Source of the DNA: an uncultured Nitrososphaeraceae archaeon
Lineage (GTDB): Archaea; Thermoproteota; Nitrososphaeria; Nitrososphaerales; Nitrososphaeraceae
Direction: 5' to 3'
Length of the DNA stretch: 64,000 nucleotides
Assembly (NCBI GenBank): GCA_963779615.1
Contig: CAVZZA010000001.1
Location: 352,001-416,000, forward strand
Part shown: in pieces, positions 1-9,327 of the stretch
How positions within the stretch are numbered: position 1 is the stretch's first letter
How the letters are laid out: every line of letters starts with the position of its first letter
Notes under the pieces: generated by a model
The model's input: only the letters and a program-made list of their open reading frames with translations
Told to the model about the DNA's origin: nothing
Databases searched by the model: none
Program-made: the position numbers and the translations under genes

Positions 1-193
1 GCTGTTTGCTAAAGTTTGGCCTGAATTTTGGCGCGTCCTAATATACAACGATCTAAACAAAAAATGTCTCAAAACGTATTGGGACAAGATATCAAACATA
101 CACAAAATAATGATACAGAAGAAAACGGTATTTTTTATTATCCCACCCATATACAGATCTAATATAAGACGCAGTGATTTGTAATCTTTTGAT

Positions 194-631
194 ATGGACA
201 TGAATTCATGCATTTTTTGTGAAATAATTAATGGAAAAGTCAAGTCAAGAAAAGTATATGAATCAAAGCATTCTTTAGCCCTCCTTGATGCATTCCCACT
301 TAAAGAAGGACACATATTGATAATCTCAAAGGCACATAAAACAAAGGTTCAAGAACTAGGTAAAGAAGAAAATAATGATATTTTTTCAACATTACACTTT
401 TTGACTAACCATATTGAAAAAACAGTGGAAAGCAATTCTACACTAATTGCCATTCATAACGGAAAAGAAGCAGGACAAGAAATCCCTCATGTTCATATTC
501 ATGTAATTCCCATAAAAAAAATCGATAAACCTACTCCAATTCACACCATGTTTAAAAAGGAAAAATTATCAGAAGCAGCACTTGATAAAGTTTGGAAAAA
601 AATGACAGAAAATATACAACAACAAGGCTAA
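194..631 (+). CDS. HIT family nucleotide hydrolase
   Basis: CIFCEI N-terminus, GQEIPHVHIHVIP histidine triad. Confidence 0.95.
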   Translation: MDMNSCIFCEIINGKVKSRKVYESKHSLALLDAFPLKEGHILIISKAHKTKVQELGKEENNDIFSTLHFLTNHIEKTVESNSTLIAIHNGKEAGQEIPHVHIHVIPIKKIDKPTPIHTMFKKEKLSEAALDKVWKKMTENIQQQG

Positions 632-1323
632 AAAACAGACGGCAAAATATCCGGTAATTCTGACAAAGAATTAATAGAGTACAAAGGTTCCTCTTTTCTA
701 CTTATTGGCTGTTGAACTTTATATATAGAATTTAAAGTTCTAATAGTTTTTATTCCAAGTTCGTTAGCAGGGCCTATATCTATATCCAATCTATCACCAA
801 TCATAACACAACATTGTTTAGTTATACATGAATCTTCTATAGCCTTTTTAAAAATTATAGGATTAGGTTTTTTAAAACCAATTTTTTCAGATAAACATAT
901 GGTTTTAAAATAATGATTAAGGTTATTTTTTACTAAAAGATCAGCAGAACCTGATGAATTGTTACTTATAATACCTAATGAATATGTCTCAGACAATAAT
1001 GGAATAACACTGGGAACCTCGCTATACAATTTAATTAACTTTTTCTTATTTTCTAACAGGTCACTTTTAAGCTTATTAAAAATTATTGAGTCATAACCTT
1101 TTGGAAGCATTAGTTGGGCCATAAATAAAACAATGTCCAAAAAACCTGAAGAACCGATTTTTCTATTAAAGAGGATATTATTTCTCAATGTGAAATAATT
1201 TCGATAATCTATTTTTGCACCATATCCATTGAGAGTTTCAAATAATAATTTGTCGAAATAACTAATATAATTCCACTCATCTATCAGCGTTTGTCCAAGA
1301 TCAAAAAAGATGAAAGGCTTCAT
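628..1323 (-). CDS. HAD-superfamily hydrolase
   Basis: FFDLGQTL motif I, KPNP, IGDRLDIDI motif IV. Confidence 0.9.
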   Translation of the reverse strand: MKPFIFFDLGQTLIDEWNYISYFDKLLFETLNGYGAKIDYRNYFTLRNNILFNRKIGSSGFLDIVLFMAQLMLPKGYDSIIFNKLKSDLLENKKKLIKLYSEVPSVIPLLSETYSLGIISNNSSGSADLLVKNNLNHYFKTICLSEKIGFKKPNPIIFKKAIEDSCITKQCCVMIGDRLDIDIGPANELGIKTIRTLNSIYKVQQPISRKEEPLYSINSLSELPDILPSVF

Positions 1324-1514
1324 TCTACTTTGATAATAACACTACAGGCCAATAATTATTGTTATTATGATAATCATCGGCGATAATCATCCATGATTAA
1401 CATGACAACATGCCAAAAAACATCAAAATCAATCCACATTCTTTGGCATTAATGGAAACAGTGTAGAAATATTATATCATGTCGCAATGATTTGTGCATA
1501 TTTCACAATGCGTA

Positions 1515-1530
1515 GTTTATATAATATATT
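1515..1530 (+). promoter_or_regulatory. TATA-box element upstream of amoC (GTTTATATAATATATT)
   Basis: TTTATATA ~35 nt upstream of ATG 1553; identical 16-mer at 4915-4930 upstream of the ferredoxin gene. Confidence 0.6.
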
Positions 1531-1552
1531 GCAGAAGCATATGTGAAGAAAC

Positions 1553-2116
1553 ATGGCCCAAATGCCAGCATTAATTCCAAAAGAAGTAGAGATTCAGAGG
1601 CTAAAGAAAATATACATAATGGTCATAATGTTGGGTTCAATTGCTGCATCAGTCGAGGTGGACAACTTCGTTGATGGATCATTGCACCAAACAGCCATTA
1701 GAGACAGCGCATTCACACCAGCACACTGGTGGCTGTACAGCCACTTTATCGCACTCCCATTAGGGTGGGGATTTGTTGCGATGTATGACAGGAGAGTTCC
1801 GGCTTTGAGAGGACCAAACAACTCAATGAACACAGGCCTTAAGATAACCATTATCGGTTACCTAGCAACCATGTTCACAATAGGCATCAACGAGTTGTGG
1901 CACTTTTGGTTCGTAGAAGAAATATTCTCAGTACCAAACCATTGGATGTTTAACATGGGTGTAGTGGTAGCCTTTATGGGTGCCCTAGCCTATGTGGTCA
2001 GAGTATACGCTCGTTTGGTAGAACTGGGAGCCGAGACACCAGCAAGGAACCCCTATGTGGCAGAAATGTACAAATTAGCACTCGAGGGAAAACTCTACAG
2101 CAGATCAATCCCATAA
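1553..2116 (+). CDS. amoC: ammonia monooxygenase subunit C (stand-alone copy)
   Basis: MAQMPALIPKEVEIQRLKK, EVDNFVDGSLHQTAIRDSAFTPAHWW, NELWHFWFVEEIFSVPNHW: archaeal AmoC. Confidence 0.98.
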   Translation: MAQMPALIPKEVEIQRLKKIYIMVIMLGSIAASVEVDNFVDGSLHQTAIRDSAFTPAHWWLYSHFIALPLGWGFVAMYDRRVPALRGPNNSMNTGLKITIIGYLATMFTIGINELWHFWFVEEIFSVPNHWMFNMGVVVAFMGALAYVVRVYARLVELGAETPARNPYVAEMYKLALEGKLYSRSIP

Positions 2117-2117
2117 A

Positions 2118-2151
2118 TTTTTTTTTTGATTTTTGTTTTGTTTTGTTTTTT
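2118..2151 (+). terminator. oligo-T archaeal terminator after amoC
   Basis: T11 followed by TTTTG runs immediately after the stop. Confidence 0.6.
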
Positions 2152-2184
2152 GATGTAGCCCCAATGGCACAAGCATAAAATAGA

Positions 2185-2703
2185 TTATTTGCTGAGTTTC
2201 ATTAACCAATATTGTAATTTAGATGGGTCCATTTCTAAAAGTTGCACATTTGCTTGTTTTAAAATTTCAGCCCCATCTTCCACATATTTAGAAAGAACAA
2301 CAATTTTACTTATTCCAACAGTAATAGCCATTTTGCTGCATTCAATGCACGGAGAGAGTGTGGAATACAATGTAGCATTCCCGGTATTACCTGCATTACC
2401 AAACATAACACACTGCATTATGGCATTTGCTTCCGCATGAACACATATACACCTTTCAAGAAATTCCCCTGATTTAATAACACCGTTAACCCTCTCAAAG
2501 CATCTTTTGCATCCCCCTTCAAAACAATTAATGATTCCCGAGGGAGTACCATTATATCCCGTAGATATTTGTCTATTATTTTTAACCAGAACAGCACCTA
2601 TTTGCCTAGTCAAACAATTCGATCTGGATTTTGCCAAAATAGCCTGAATCATAAAATAGCTATCCCAATTAGGCCTTTCAAAAGGTTCGTATGATTCTGT
2701 CAC
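2185..2703 (-). CDS. dCMP deaminase (ComEB/dCMP deaminase family)
   Basis: RPNWDSYFM, TGYNG, HAEANA, PCIEC zinc motifs. Confidence 0.92.
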   Translation of the reverse strand: MTESYEPFERPNWDSYFMIQAILAKSRSNCLTRQIGAVLVKNNRQISTGYNGTPSGIINCFEGGCKRCFERVNGVIKSGEFLERCICVHAEANAIMQCVMFGNAGNTGNATLYSTLSPCIECSKMAITVGISKIVVLSKYVEDGAEILKQANVQLLEMDPSKLQYWLMKLSK

Positions 2704-3028
2704 AGGTAGTAATTAAGACAACACAATAATATATAAAATATAACGCAATAACTAGATATTAGTAGTTAATTTTTTAATTTATATAAATTCTTTATTTATT
2801 TTTTAACAAGGAGTGAGCTAAAAAAAGTCATTTATAGAATTTTAATAAACGAGAAAGGCTCAAAGTTATAAAGTTTGAGCTGTGTCTAGATACTAATACA
2901 AAAGATTATTTACAAAGCGAGATACTAAGCGTATTAAGCATCGTATGAAATATTTTTTGCATAAGTATAATGCAATAAATCTAAAATATAATTATTTTAT
3001 ATAAATGGAATTAAACAAGTAAATTTGG

Positions 3029-3187
3029 TTATTTACTTTCTGTTTTTTTAATTCCTCCTATTTTAAACATTTTTGTATTACACACACTACATGTGCCTTG
3101 AGTAGCAGGTCTTCCATTTTTCATAGTAACTTGTTTTTCATCTTTCATTTCTCTTTTTGCTTTACATTTAACACAATATCCTTCCAT
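3029..3187 (-). CDS. small basic zinc-ribbon protein (DUF5679-like), 52 aa
   Basis: MEGYCVKCKAKREM...MKNGRPATQGTCSVCNTKMFKIG; start moved to ATG 3187. Confidence 0.8.
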   Translation of the reverse strand: MEGYCVKCKAKREMKDEKQVTMKNGRPATQGTCSVCNTKMFKIGGIKKTESK

Positions 3188-3341
3188 CTGATTAACCTTC
3201 TGCAAGTGTAGATAAAATACATGTGGTATAAAATTATTATCATAAAGATAAGCTAAAATTTTAGCAAAATAGCATCTATAAAAGATCAAATTAAAATTTA
3301 TTACGATATTTTAAAATAGTTATAATTTTAACAAAGGTATA

Positions 3342-4667
3342 GTGGAAACCAAAGAATTATACCATAATATTTTAAAGTTAATAAAAGACCATCATAACTG
3401 GTTCAATAATTCCATTCCATTAATAGCCAGTGAAAATATACCAAGCCCTGCGGTAAGAGAGGCAGTTGTATCGGATTTTGGAAATAGATATGCAGAAGGA
3501 TGGCCAGGTGAAAGAGTATATGCAGGCTGTACATATATCGATAAAGTTGAAAACATATGTAATGAATTAGCAAGAAAAGTCTTTAGATCTGAATTTGCTG
3601 ACTGCAGGGCGACATCAGGCGTTGTTGCCAATTTAGCAATTTATTCAGCATTCTCAAATCCCGGCGACCATATGATTGCATCATCCATACCTAGTGGTGG
3701 CCACATTTCCCATGGAAAAAAAGAACATTCAGGAACAGCAGGACTGGTACATGGTCTACTAATAGAGCATTTTCCATTTTCCAAAGAATATATGACCATA
3801 GATGTGGATCTGACCAAGAAAAAAATTGAAATTATGGCTCAAGAGGGAAAAGCTCCAAAAATTGCAATGTTTGGTGGCAGTCTTTTCTTATTCCCCCATC
3901 CAGTAAAAGAATTATCAGACTTTTTACGCAATTACAACATCTATATTAACTACGATGGGGCTCATGTAGCTGGGTTAATTGCAGGAAACCAATTTCAAGA
4001 CCCTTTGAGAGAAGGTGTGGATTCTATGACTATGAGTTCCCATAAAACTTTATGGGGACCGCAAGGAGGTATAATAGTTTCACTTGAGAAATATGGAGAA
4101 TCTATCAAAAAGGCGATATTTCCTGGTAACACGAGTAGTCATCATTTACACCATGTTGCTGGGAAAGCCATTGCTTTGGCAGAAATAATGGAATTTGGTG
4201 AACAATATGCAAAACAGGTTATCAAAAATGCAAAAATGCTAGCTTATTCTTTAGCAAATTTTGGATTTAACGTATTGGGTGAAAAAAGAGGATATACAGA
4301 ATCGCATCAATTAGCAGTAGATGTCTCCAAATATGGGGATGGGGGGAACATTGAAAAAAACCTTGAAAAATGCAATATAATATTAAATAGACAACTTCTG
4401 CCAGGAGACATAAAGGAAGGAAAAAACTATTTGCACCCTAGTGGAATAAGGATTGGAGTACCTGAGGTAACAAGACTGGGTATGAAGGAAAATGAAATGT
4501 ATGAAATAGCGACATTTATAAAAAAAATAGTTATTGATAAACAAGATAATGGTAAAGTTTTGCAAGACGTAATAGAATTTAGGAAAAACTTTCAAAAGGT
4601 ACAATATGCGTTTGATAATGAAACTGCAGCTTATGAGCATATACAATTAGTAAATAAGAGTAAATAA
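3342..4667 (+). CDS. glyA: serine hydroxymethyltransferase
   Basis: LIASEN, YAEGWPGERVYAGC, SSHKTLWGPQGG PLP lysine. Confidence 0.97.
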   Translation: METKELYHNILKLIKDHHNWFNNSIPLIASENIPSPAVREAVVSDFGNRYAEGWPGERVYAGCTYIDKVENICNELARKVFRSEFADCRATSGVVANLAIYSAFSNPGDHMIASSIPSGGHISHGKKEHSGTAGLVHGLLIEHFPFSKEYMTIDVDLTKKKIEIMAQEGKAPKIAMFGGSLFLFPHPVKELSDFLRNYNIYINYDGAHVAGLIAGNQFQDPLREGVDSMTMSSHKTLWGPQGGIIVSLEKYGESIKKAIFPGNTSSHHLHHVAGKAIALAEIMEFGEQYAKQVIKNAKMLAYSLANFGFNVLGEKRGYTESHQLAVDVSKYGDGGNIEKNLEKCNIILNRQLLPGDIKEGKNYLHPSGIRIGVPEVTRLGMKENEMYEIATFIKKIVIDKQDNGKVLQDVIEFRKNFQKVQYAFDNETAAYEHIQLVNKSK

Positions 4668-4914
4668 TACTTCTTTTATTTTAAAAATATTTGTTTTATA
4701 CATACAGATTTAGGTTAAATTTGCATTCACCACTTTCACAAATTTAACTAAAAGAATAAAAAACTGTGTGAGAACATAGTTTAAGAAAATCATTATTCCC
4801 TAAATAAAAAAACAATACATACGAAATTTATTTAAGATTAATTTAAAGAATCTTTTTCAAAGGCGAGATTGCATAATGAATAAAAATTTTTCATACAAAT
4901 ACTTTCTACACATG

Positions 4915-4930
4915 GTTTATATAATATATT
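4915..4930 (+). promoter_or_regulatory. TATA-box element upstream of ferredoxin
   Basis: same 16-mer as the amoC promoter, similar spacing to ATG. Confidence 0.55.
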
Positions 4931-4954
4931 AGGTCAACTACCCTTAGAAAAAAT

Positions 4955-5491
4955 ATGCCAATCGATCCAGATTTTCCAAAGAGTCATCAAGTAATCGGCC
5001 AAATAAAACACTCCGATGGTGAACATTATCACTATCTTTGGGGTCCAGGCAAGCTAGGCGAAGCGGCTGAAAACGCAGAAGTTAAAGAGGCTTTTCAAGC
5101 AAAAGGAGAACCGTTAGAGCCAATAGGCGTTAGTGGTACCATGGTTGCAGTAGATTGGGATTCATGTGTAGCGGATGGAGCATGCATAGAAGCTTGTCCT
5201 GTGCAAGTTTTTCAATGGTATAGGACTGAACATGACGTTCCAGCCAAAGAGGCAATAAATATGGAATTTGCAGGTGAGGGTTCATCAGTAAAAGAGGAAA
5301 GAAAAGATTTTACTGACAAAGCTGATCCAATTAGAGAGCATGATTGCATATGGTGTATGGCATGCGTATCCGTATGTCCCCCTCAAGCTATCAAAGTCGA
5401 TCAATCAAACCAGGAATTTCATGAAAAAGCCGCTGGAACATTTAATGAAGCATTGTCAAAAGGGAGTGCACCACCACCTCATGCACACTAA
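4955..5491 (+). CDS. zfx: zinc-containing dicluster ferredoxin
   Basis: MPIDPDF N-terminal His-rich extension, CVADGACIEACP and CIWCMACVSVCP motifs. Confidence 0.9.
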   Translation: MPIDPDFPKSHQVIGQIKHSDGEHYHYLWGPGKLGEAAENAEVKEAFQAKGEPLEPIGVSGTMVAVDWDSCVADGACIEACPVQVFQWYRTEHDVPAKEAINMEFAGEGSSVKEERKDFTDKADPIREHDCIWCMACVSVCPPQAIKVDQSNQEFHEKAAGTFNEALSKGSAPPPHAH

Positions 5492-5557
5492 AATATTTTT
5501 TAGTTTGCGTTAATTTAGTTCTAAAAATTTAAAACTAAATAATAAATTATATAATAT

Positions 5558-5899
5558 TTACCAAGTCATCCAAGATTCTAGAGACAGTAAAAAGGATTTT
5601 AGTATAGTTAGAGATCTTTTTGATAATGTTATTTCACTATCGGTGATAACTTTATCAATGCACCTAACAAATAAAATCAAAGGAGAAGAAAATGATTCTA
5701 ATTTTGTCCAATTATCGTCATTACAGGCGTTCAAGATTATATCAACTTTTTGATCATAATACTTGGATAACAAATCAACTATATTTTCAGTCTCTGCACA
5801 TGATACTGAATGATTCATTAAAAAAGATTTAAGGTTGTTTGAATTAATAATTAAAGAATCCTTATAATGGCATTGTATTGATTTAGGTTTACGAGTCAT
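5558..5899 (-). CDS. hypothetical protein
   Basis: ORF starting at ATG right after the gatE stop. Confidence 0.55.
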   Translation of the reverse strand: MTRKPKSIQCHYKDSLIINSNNLKSFLMNHSVSCAETENIVDLLSKYYDQKVDIILNACNDDNWTKLESFSSPLILFVRCIDKVITDSEITLSKRSLTILKSFLLSLESWMTW

Positions 5900-5900
5900 A

Positions 5901-7832
5901 TCATTCAGGCAATTCATTATTAATAAAGCGTTCTAGTTTCTTTTTCAAACATTCGTTGATTTTATATCCATCGACTTTTCCTCTTAATAGAACCATGCTT
6001 TTACCCATAAGGGCACCAATTGAATTAACGCCTTTTTCTTTAATAACACGAACATTGTCCTTTAATATTTCATCCAATACATTATTTAACTCAGCATCAT
6101 TTATTTCGTTTAAATTTAATAAATCAAGTGCATCTTTTACAGATCTGGATTCTTTTTTCATAATTTTTTCAAAGATCAAGTTTACAGACTCTTTAGCTAT
6201 AGAGCCTTTATCAAGTTTATCAAATATTTCAACAAGCATATCATCTGTTAGTAATGATTTATCCAGACTAGTTCTTGAAAGGCCCACTATGTCTTCTGTA
6301 AGTTTAGAAGCAATAAAAGTTGGTGTAATATTTTTTGAAACTGAAACGATTTTTTCGAAAATATCATAGTATTGAGAATCAAAAATATGTTCAGATAATT
6401 TCTTATTTAATGAATATTTCTGCATTATTTGATTAATCAATTCACTCCAAGACAAAGGGGTTTTTTGTTTAAGATCAAAGAGTAACTTTGAATCTACAGG
6501 AATAGGCAATATATCAGTTTCAGGATACATTCTAGATGAGCCAGGACGAGGTCGAGAAAAAATGGTAGAGCCATCCATAGTCGCAGACCGTGTTTCTGCA
6601 ATTACACCGTGCTTAAACTGACGTATTCGTCGTATTAACGGGTCGCATACAACATTTATTTTTTTTTCTTCACCTCCAATAATCAAAAAAGCATCACTAT
6701 CAGAGAGACCAAGTAGTTCTTTGACATTTTTAACATCGTTATCGCCAATCCCATAATTTGGCAATTCATCGGAATGAAAAATACCGCCCAAACCAAAAAA
6801 TCTAACATATTCACCTAATTCTTTGCCTAAACGAATACCACCAACGGGTTCATAGCCAATCAACCCACCTAATCCTCTAAGCCTGATTGCTAGGAAAATG
6901 GAATTTGAATCTTTTAAAATTTTCTTAACGATATTGGAAGACGAATTTTTGAATAAATAGGTTATATCTTTACTTCTGTCCCCTATAAATTCATCATCTA
7001 TATTCCTTTTCTTAAACTCCTCGGCGATTTTTATTAATCCAAATTGCCTCTTTGTTTCGTAATCTAGAACTTTGACTAGTTGGGATATTTGTTGAACGCC
7101 TTTAACTTCAACAACCTGTCCATCATTAACAGAGATATTTACATCTTGCCTTATACTCCCAAGTCCCCTCGACACACGCCTGCTACTACGTAACAATCTA
7201 CCGAGTGTTAACGCTACATTTACAATGTCATCGGGTTTTCCAGATACAGGTTCAAGAGCTATTTCCACTAATGGAATACCAAGCCTATCAAGACCATATT
7301 CCTTATACAATTTTGTATGAGGCAATAATTTTGCTGCATCCTCTTCTAAACAAATGCTTTGAACTCCTATCTCTTTAAAATTATCAACTTTTAAGTGGCC
7401 ACCAGATGAGATAAGCATAGTTCTTTGAAATCCACTAGTATTTGATCCATCAATTACAATTTTTCTCATGACATGAATTTCATCAACTACGTTTGAGTGC
7501 AAGGCAAGCGAAAACAATAAAACTGTTTCTAGCGCATCTCTATTGACATCATGAGGGGGCTCTTCATCGGCTTCTACCAAACAGCTTAACCCGATCCTAG
7601 AATAATACTTTATTGTGTTCATCTTTGAGTATTCGAATAATGCAGCTTTATCAAAATTACCTAATTCGCTTTTGGTAGGCCTTAAAATGCGTATAAAGTT
7701 ACAATCATAACTACCATTTGCTTCCATACATTTACAATTACAAAATAGTTTAGATTTCGTTTTTAATTGCTGATGTATTTCAAATCCAACCTTTACCTTT
7801 AACTTATCAAAATCAGAGTCCATTAAGGTCAT
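5901..7832 (-). CDS. gatE: Glu-tRNA(Gln) amidotransferase subunit E
   Basis: GFEIHQQL, RKIVIDGSNTSGFQRT, GSIRQDVNIS, RMYPETD. Confidence 0.97.
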   Translation of the reverse strand: MTLMDSDFDKLKVKVGFEIHQQLKTKSKLFCNCKCMEANGSYDCNFIRILRPTKSELGNFDKAALFEYSKMNTIKYYSRIGLSCLVEADEEPPHDVNRDALETVLLFSLALHSNVVDEIHVMRKIVIDGSNTSGFQRTMLISSGGHLKVDNFKEIGVQSICLEEDAAKLLPHTKLYKEYGLDRLGIPLVEIALEPVSGKPDDIVNVALTLGRLLRSSRRVSRGLGSIRQDVNISVNDGQVVEVKGVQQISQLVKVLDYETKRQFGLIKIAEEFKKRNIDDEFIGDRSKDITYLFKNSSSNIVKKILKDSNSIFLAIRLRGLGGLIGYEPVGGIRLGKELGEYVRFFGLGGIFHSDELPNYGIGDNDVKNVKELLGLSDSDAFLIIGGEEKKINVVCDPLIRRIRQFKHGVIAETRSATMDGSTIFSRPRPGSSRMYPETDILPIPVDSKLLFDLKQKTPLSWSELINQIMQKYSLNKKLSEHIFDSQYYDIFEKIVSVSKNITPTFIASKLTEDIVGLSRTSLDKSLLTDDMLVEIFDKLDKGSIAKESVNLIFEKIMKKESRSVKDALDLLNLNEINDAELNNVLDEILKDNVRVIKEKGVNSIGALMGKSMVLLRGKVDGYKINECLKKKLERFINNELPE

Positions 7833-7844
7833 TCCAAATATTGA

Positions 7845-9284
7845 TTAGAAAATCAGAGGGGATGTATCAGAGACTTCGTTTGATACATTGATTTTCATTA
7901 TTTCGACTAAATCTTTCATATTTGAACTGTTACTTAACGCCCACATAGCTTTGACTATTGCGGTCTCAGAACCCATATCCGATAATGGAATAATACCGAG
8001 ATCTAAAAGATCCCTACCTGTGTCATAAACAGTCATTTGCACTCTTCCATAAATACATTGAGACGTCATGAATATAACAATGCCAGCATTTATCAATTTT
8101 TCAAGGTAAGGAAAACAGTTTTTATTAATATGCCCAAGCCCAGTTCCCTCCAATATAATGACTTTATATTCGAAATTTAAAAAGTGATCCAGAAAAGCAG
8201 GGTCAAAACCAGGGTAGAATTTTAATAAAAACACTCTATCATCAAAGGATGTTTTTGAAATGAACTTTTTTGTGATATTACTACCTTCGCTAATTCTTTT
8301 TAAATCGGTGTTACATACAATCTCGGAATTATCAATTAATGCAAAAGGGATAGAATCTAACGATTGAAAAGCATTACGTTTGCTAGTATGATTTTTCCGT
8401 AATCTAGTTCCTAGATGGCATGCAATAATGTTATCTGATGGGGTATGGTGCATGCATACAAAAATGCCAGTAAATTTAGTTTTTGTAATAAATTTTATTG
8501 CGCCTAATAAATTAGTGAATGCATCCGATGAAGGCCTATCGGATGATCGTTGTGACCCTACTAAAACAACGGGAATAGACAAATTTTGTAGTGCAAAGCT
8601 CATTGCGGAAGATGTATAATGTATTGTGTCTGTTCCATGCGATACAATAATCCCATCGAAATGCTCATTTAGAATAGCATAGGATACTCTTTCTGATAAA
8701 AGAGACCAATGATTTGGAGTCAAGTTTTCGCTGTACTCATTAAATAAAAACTCTGGAAAAATTGATGCGTAATTGGAAATCTCAGGAAAAATCTCATAAA
8801 GCTCAGATGCGTTCAAAATAGAGGTAACTCCACCTGTTCTATAATCAATTTTGCTAGCAATAGTTCCACCTGTACTAAGAATCAAAATTTTTGGTAACGA
8901 TTCATGCGTATGGGATTCGTCACAACTATAATTATTTTCTTTTGGTTGAATAAAGTTTTTGGAATGCTCCTCAATTCGAGAATTATTATTTAACGAGACA
9001 TTCATAGAATCACTTAATGAATTATCACTTGTAATATTTTTAATATTTTCTATTAAAATGCCAATGTTATAACCACTTTTGAGTTTTATTACAATATAGT
9101 CATCATTAAAAGACTCATACCTAGGCATAATTATGCCATCATAGTCACCTTTAATTGACAGTAATTTAACGCTATCACCAATTTTTACCTTATATTTGTG
9201 TAACAATTGTTGAGATTTATTAATATAATCATCTTGTACATTATCAGAATTTAAGTCATATGTAAATTTTTTTTTCAACCACAT
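7845..9284 (-). CDS. gatD: Glu-tRNA(Gln) amidotransferase subunit D
   Basis: KLKSGYNIG, TGGTIASKIDYRTGGV, HGTDT, GSQRSSDRPSSDA. Confidence 0.97.
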   Translation of the reverse strand: MWLKKKFTYDLNSDNVQDDYINKSQQLLHKYKVKIGDSVKLLSIKGDYDGIIMPRYESFNDDYIVIKLKSGYNIGILIENIKNITSDNSLSDSMNVSLNNNSRIEEHSKNFIQPKENNYSCDESHTHESLPKILILSTGGTIASKIDYRTGGVTSILNASELYEIFPEISNYASIFPEFLFNEYSENLTPNHWSLLSERVSYAILNEHFDGIIVSHGTDTIHYTSSAMSFALQNLSIPVVLVGSQRSSDRPSSDAFTNLLGAIKFITKTKFTGIFVCMHHTPSDNIIACHLGTRLRKNHTSKRNAFQSLDSIPFALIDNSEIVCNTDLKRISEGSNITKKFISKTSFDDRVFLLKFYPGFDPAFLDHFLNFEYKVIILEGTGLGHINKNCFPYLEKLINAGIVIFMTSQCIYGRVQMTVYDTGRDLLDLGIIPLSDMGSETAIVKAMWALSNSSNMKDLVEIMKINVSNEVSDTSPLIF

Positions 9285-9327
9285 AATGTGAAATAATATA
9301 AATATATATATTTAGATATTAGATATC

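Noticed and set aside
1-150. Open minus-strand frame running off the window start
   Set aside because: Only 50 codons visible with no motif; cannot be supported.
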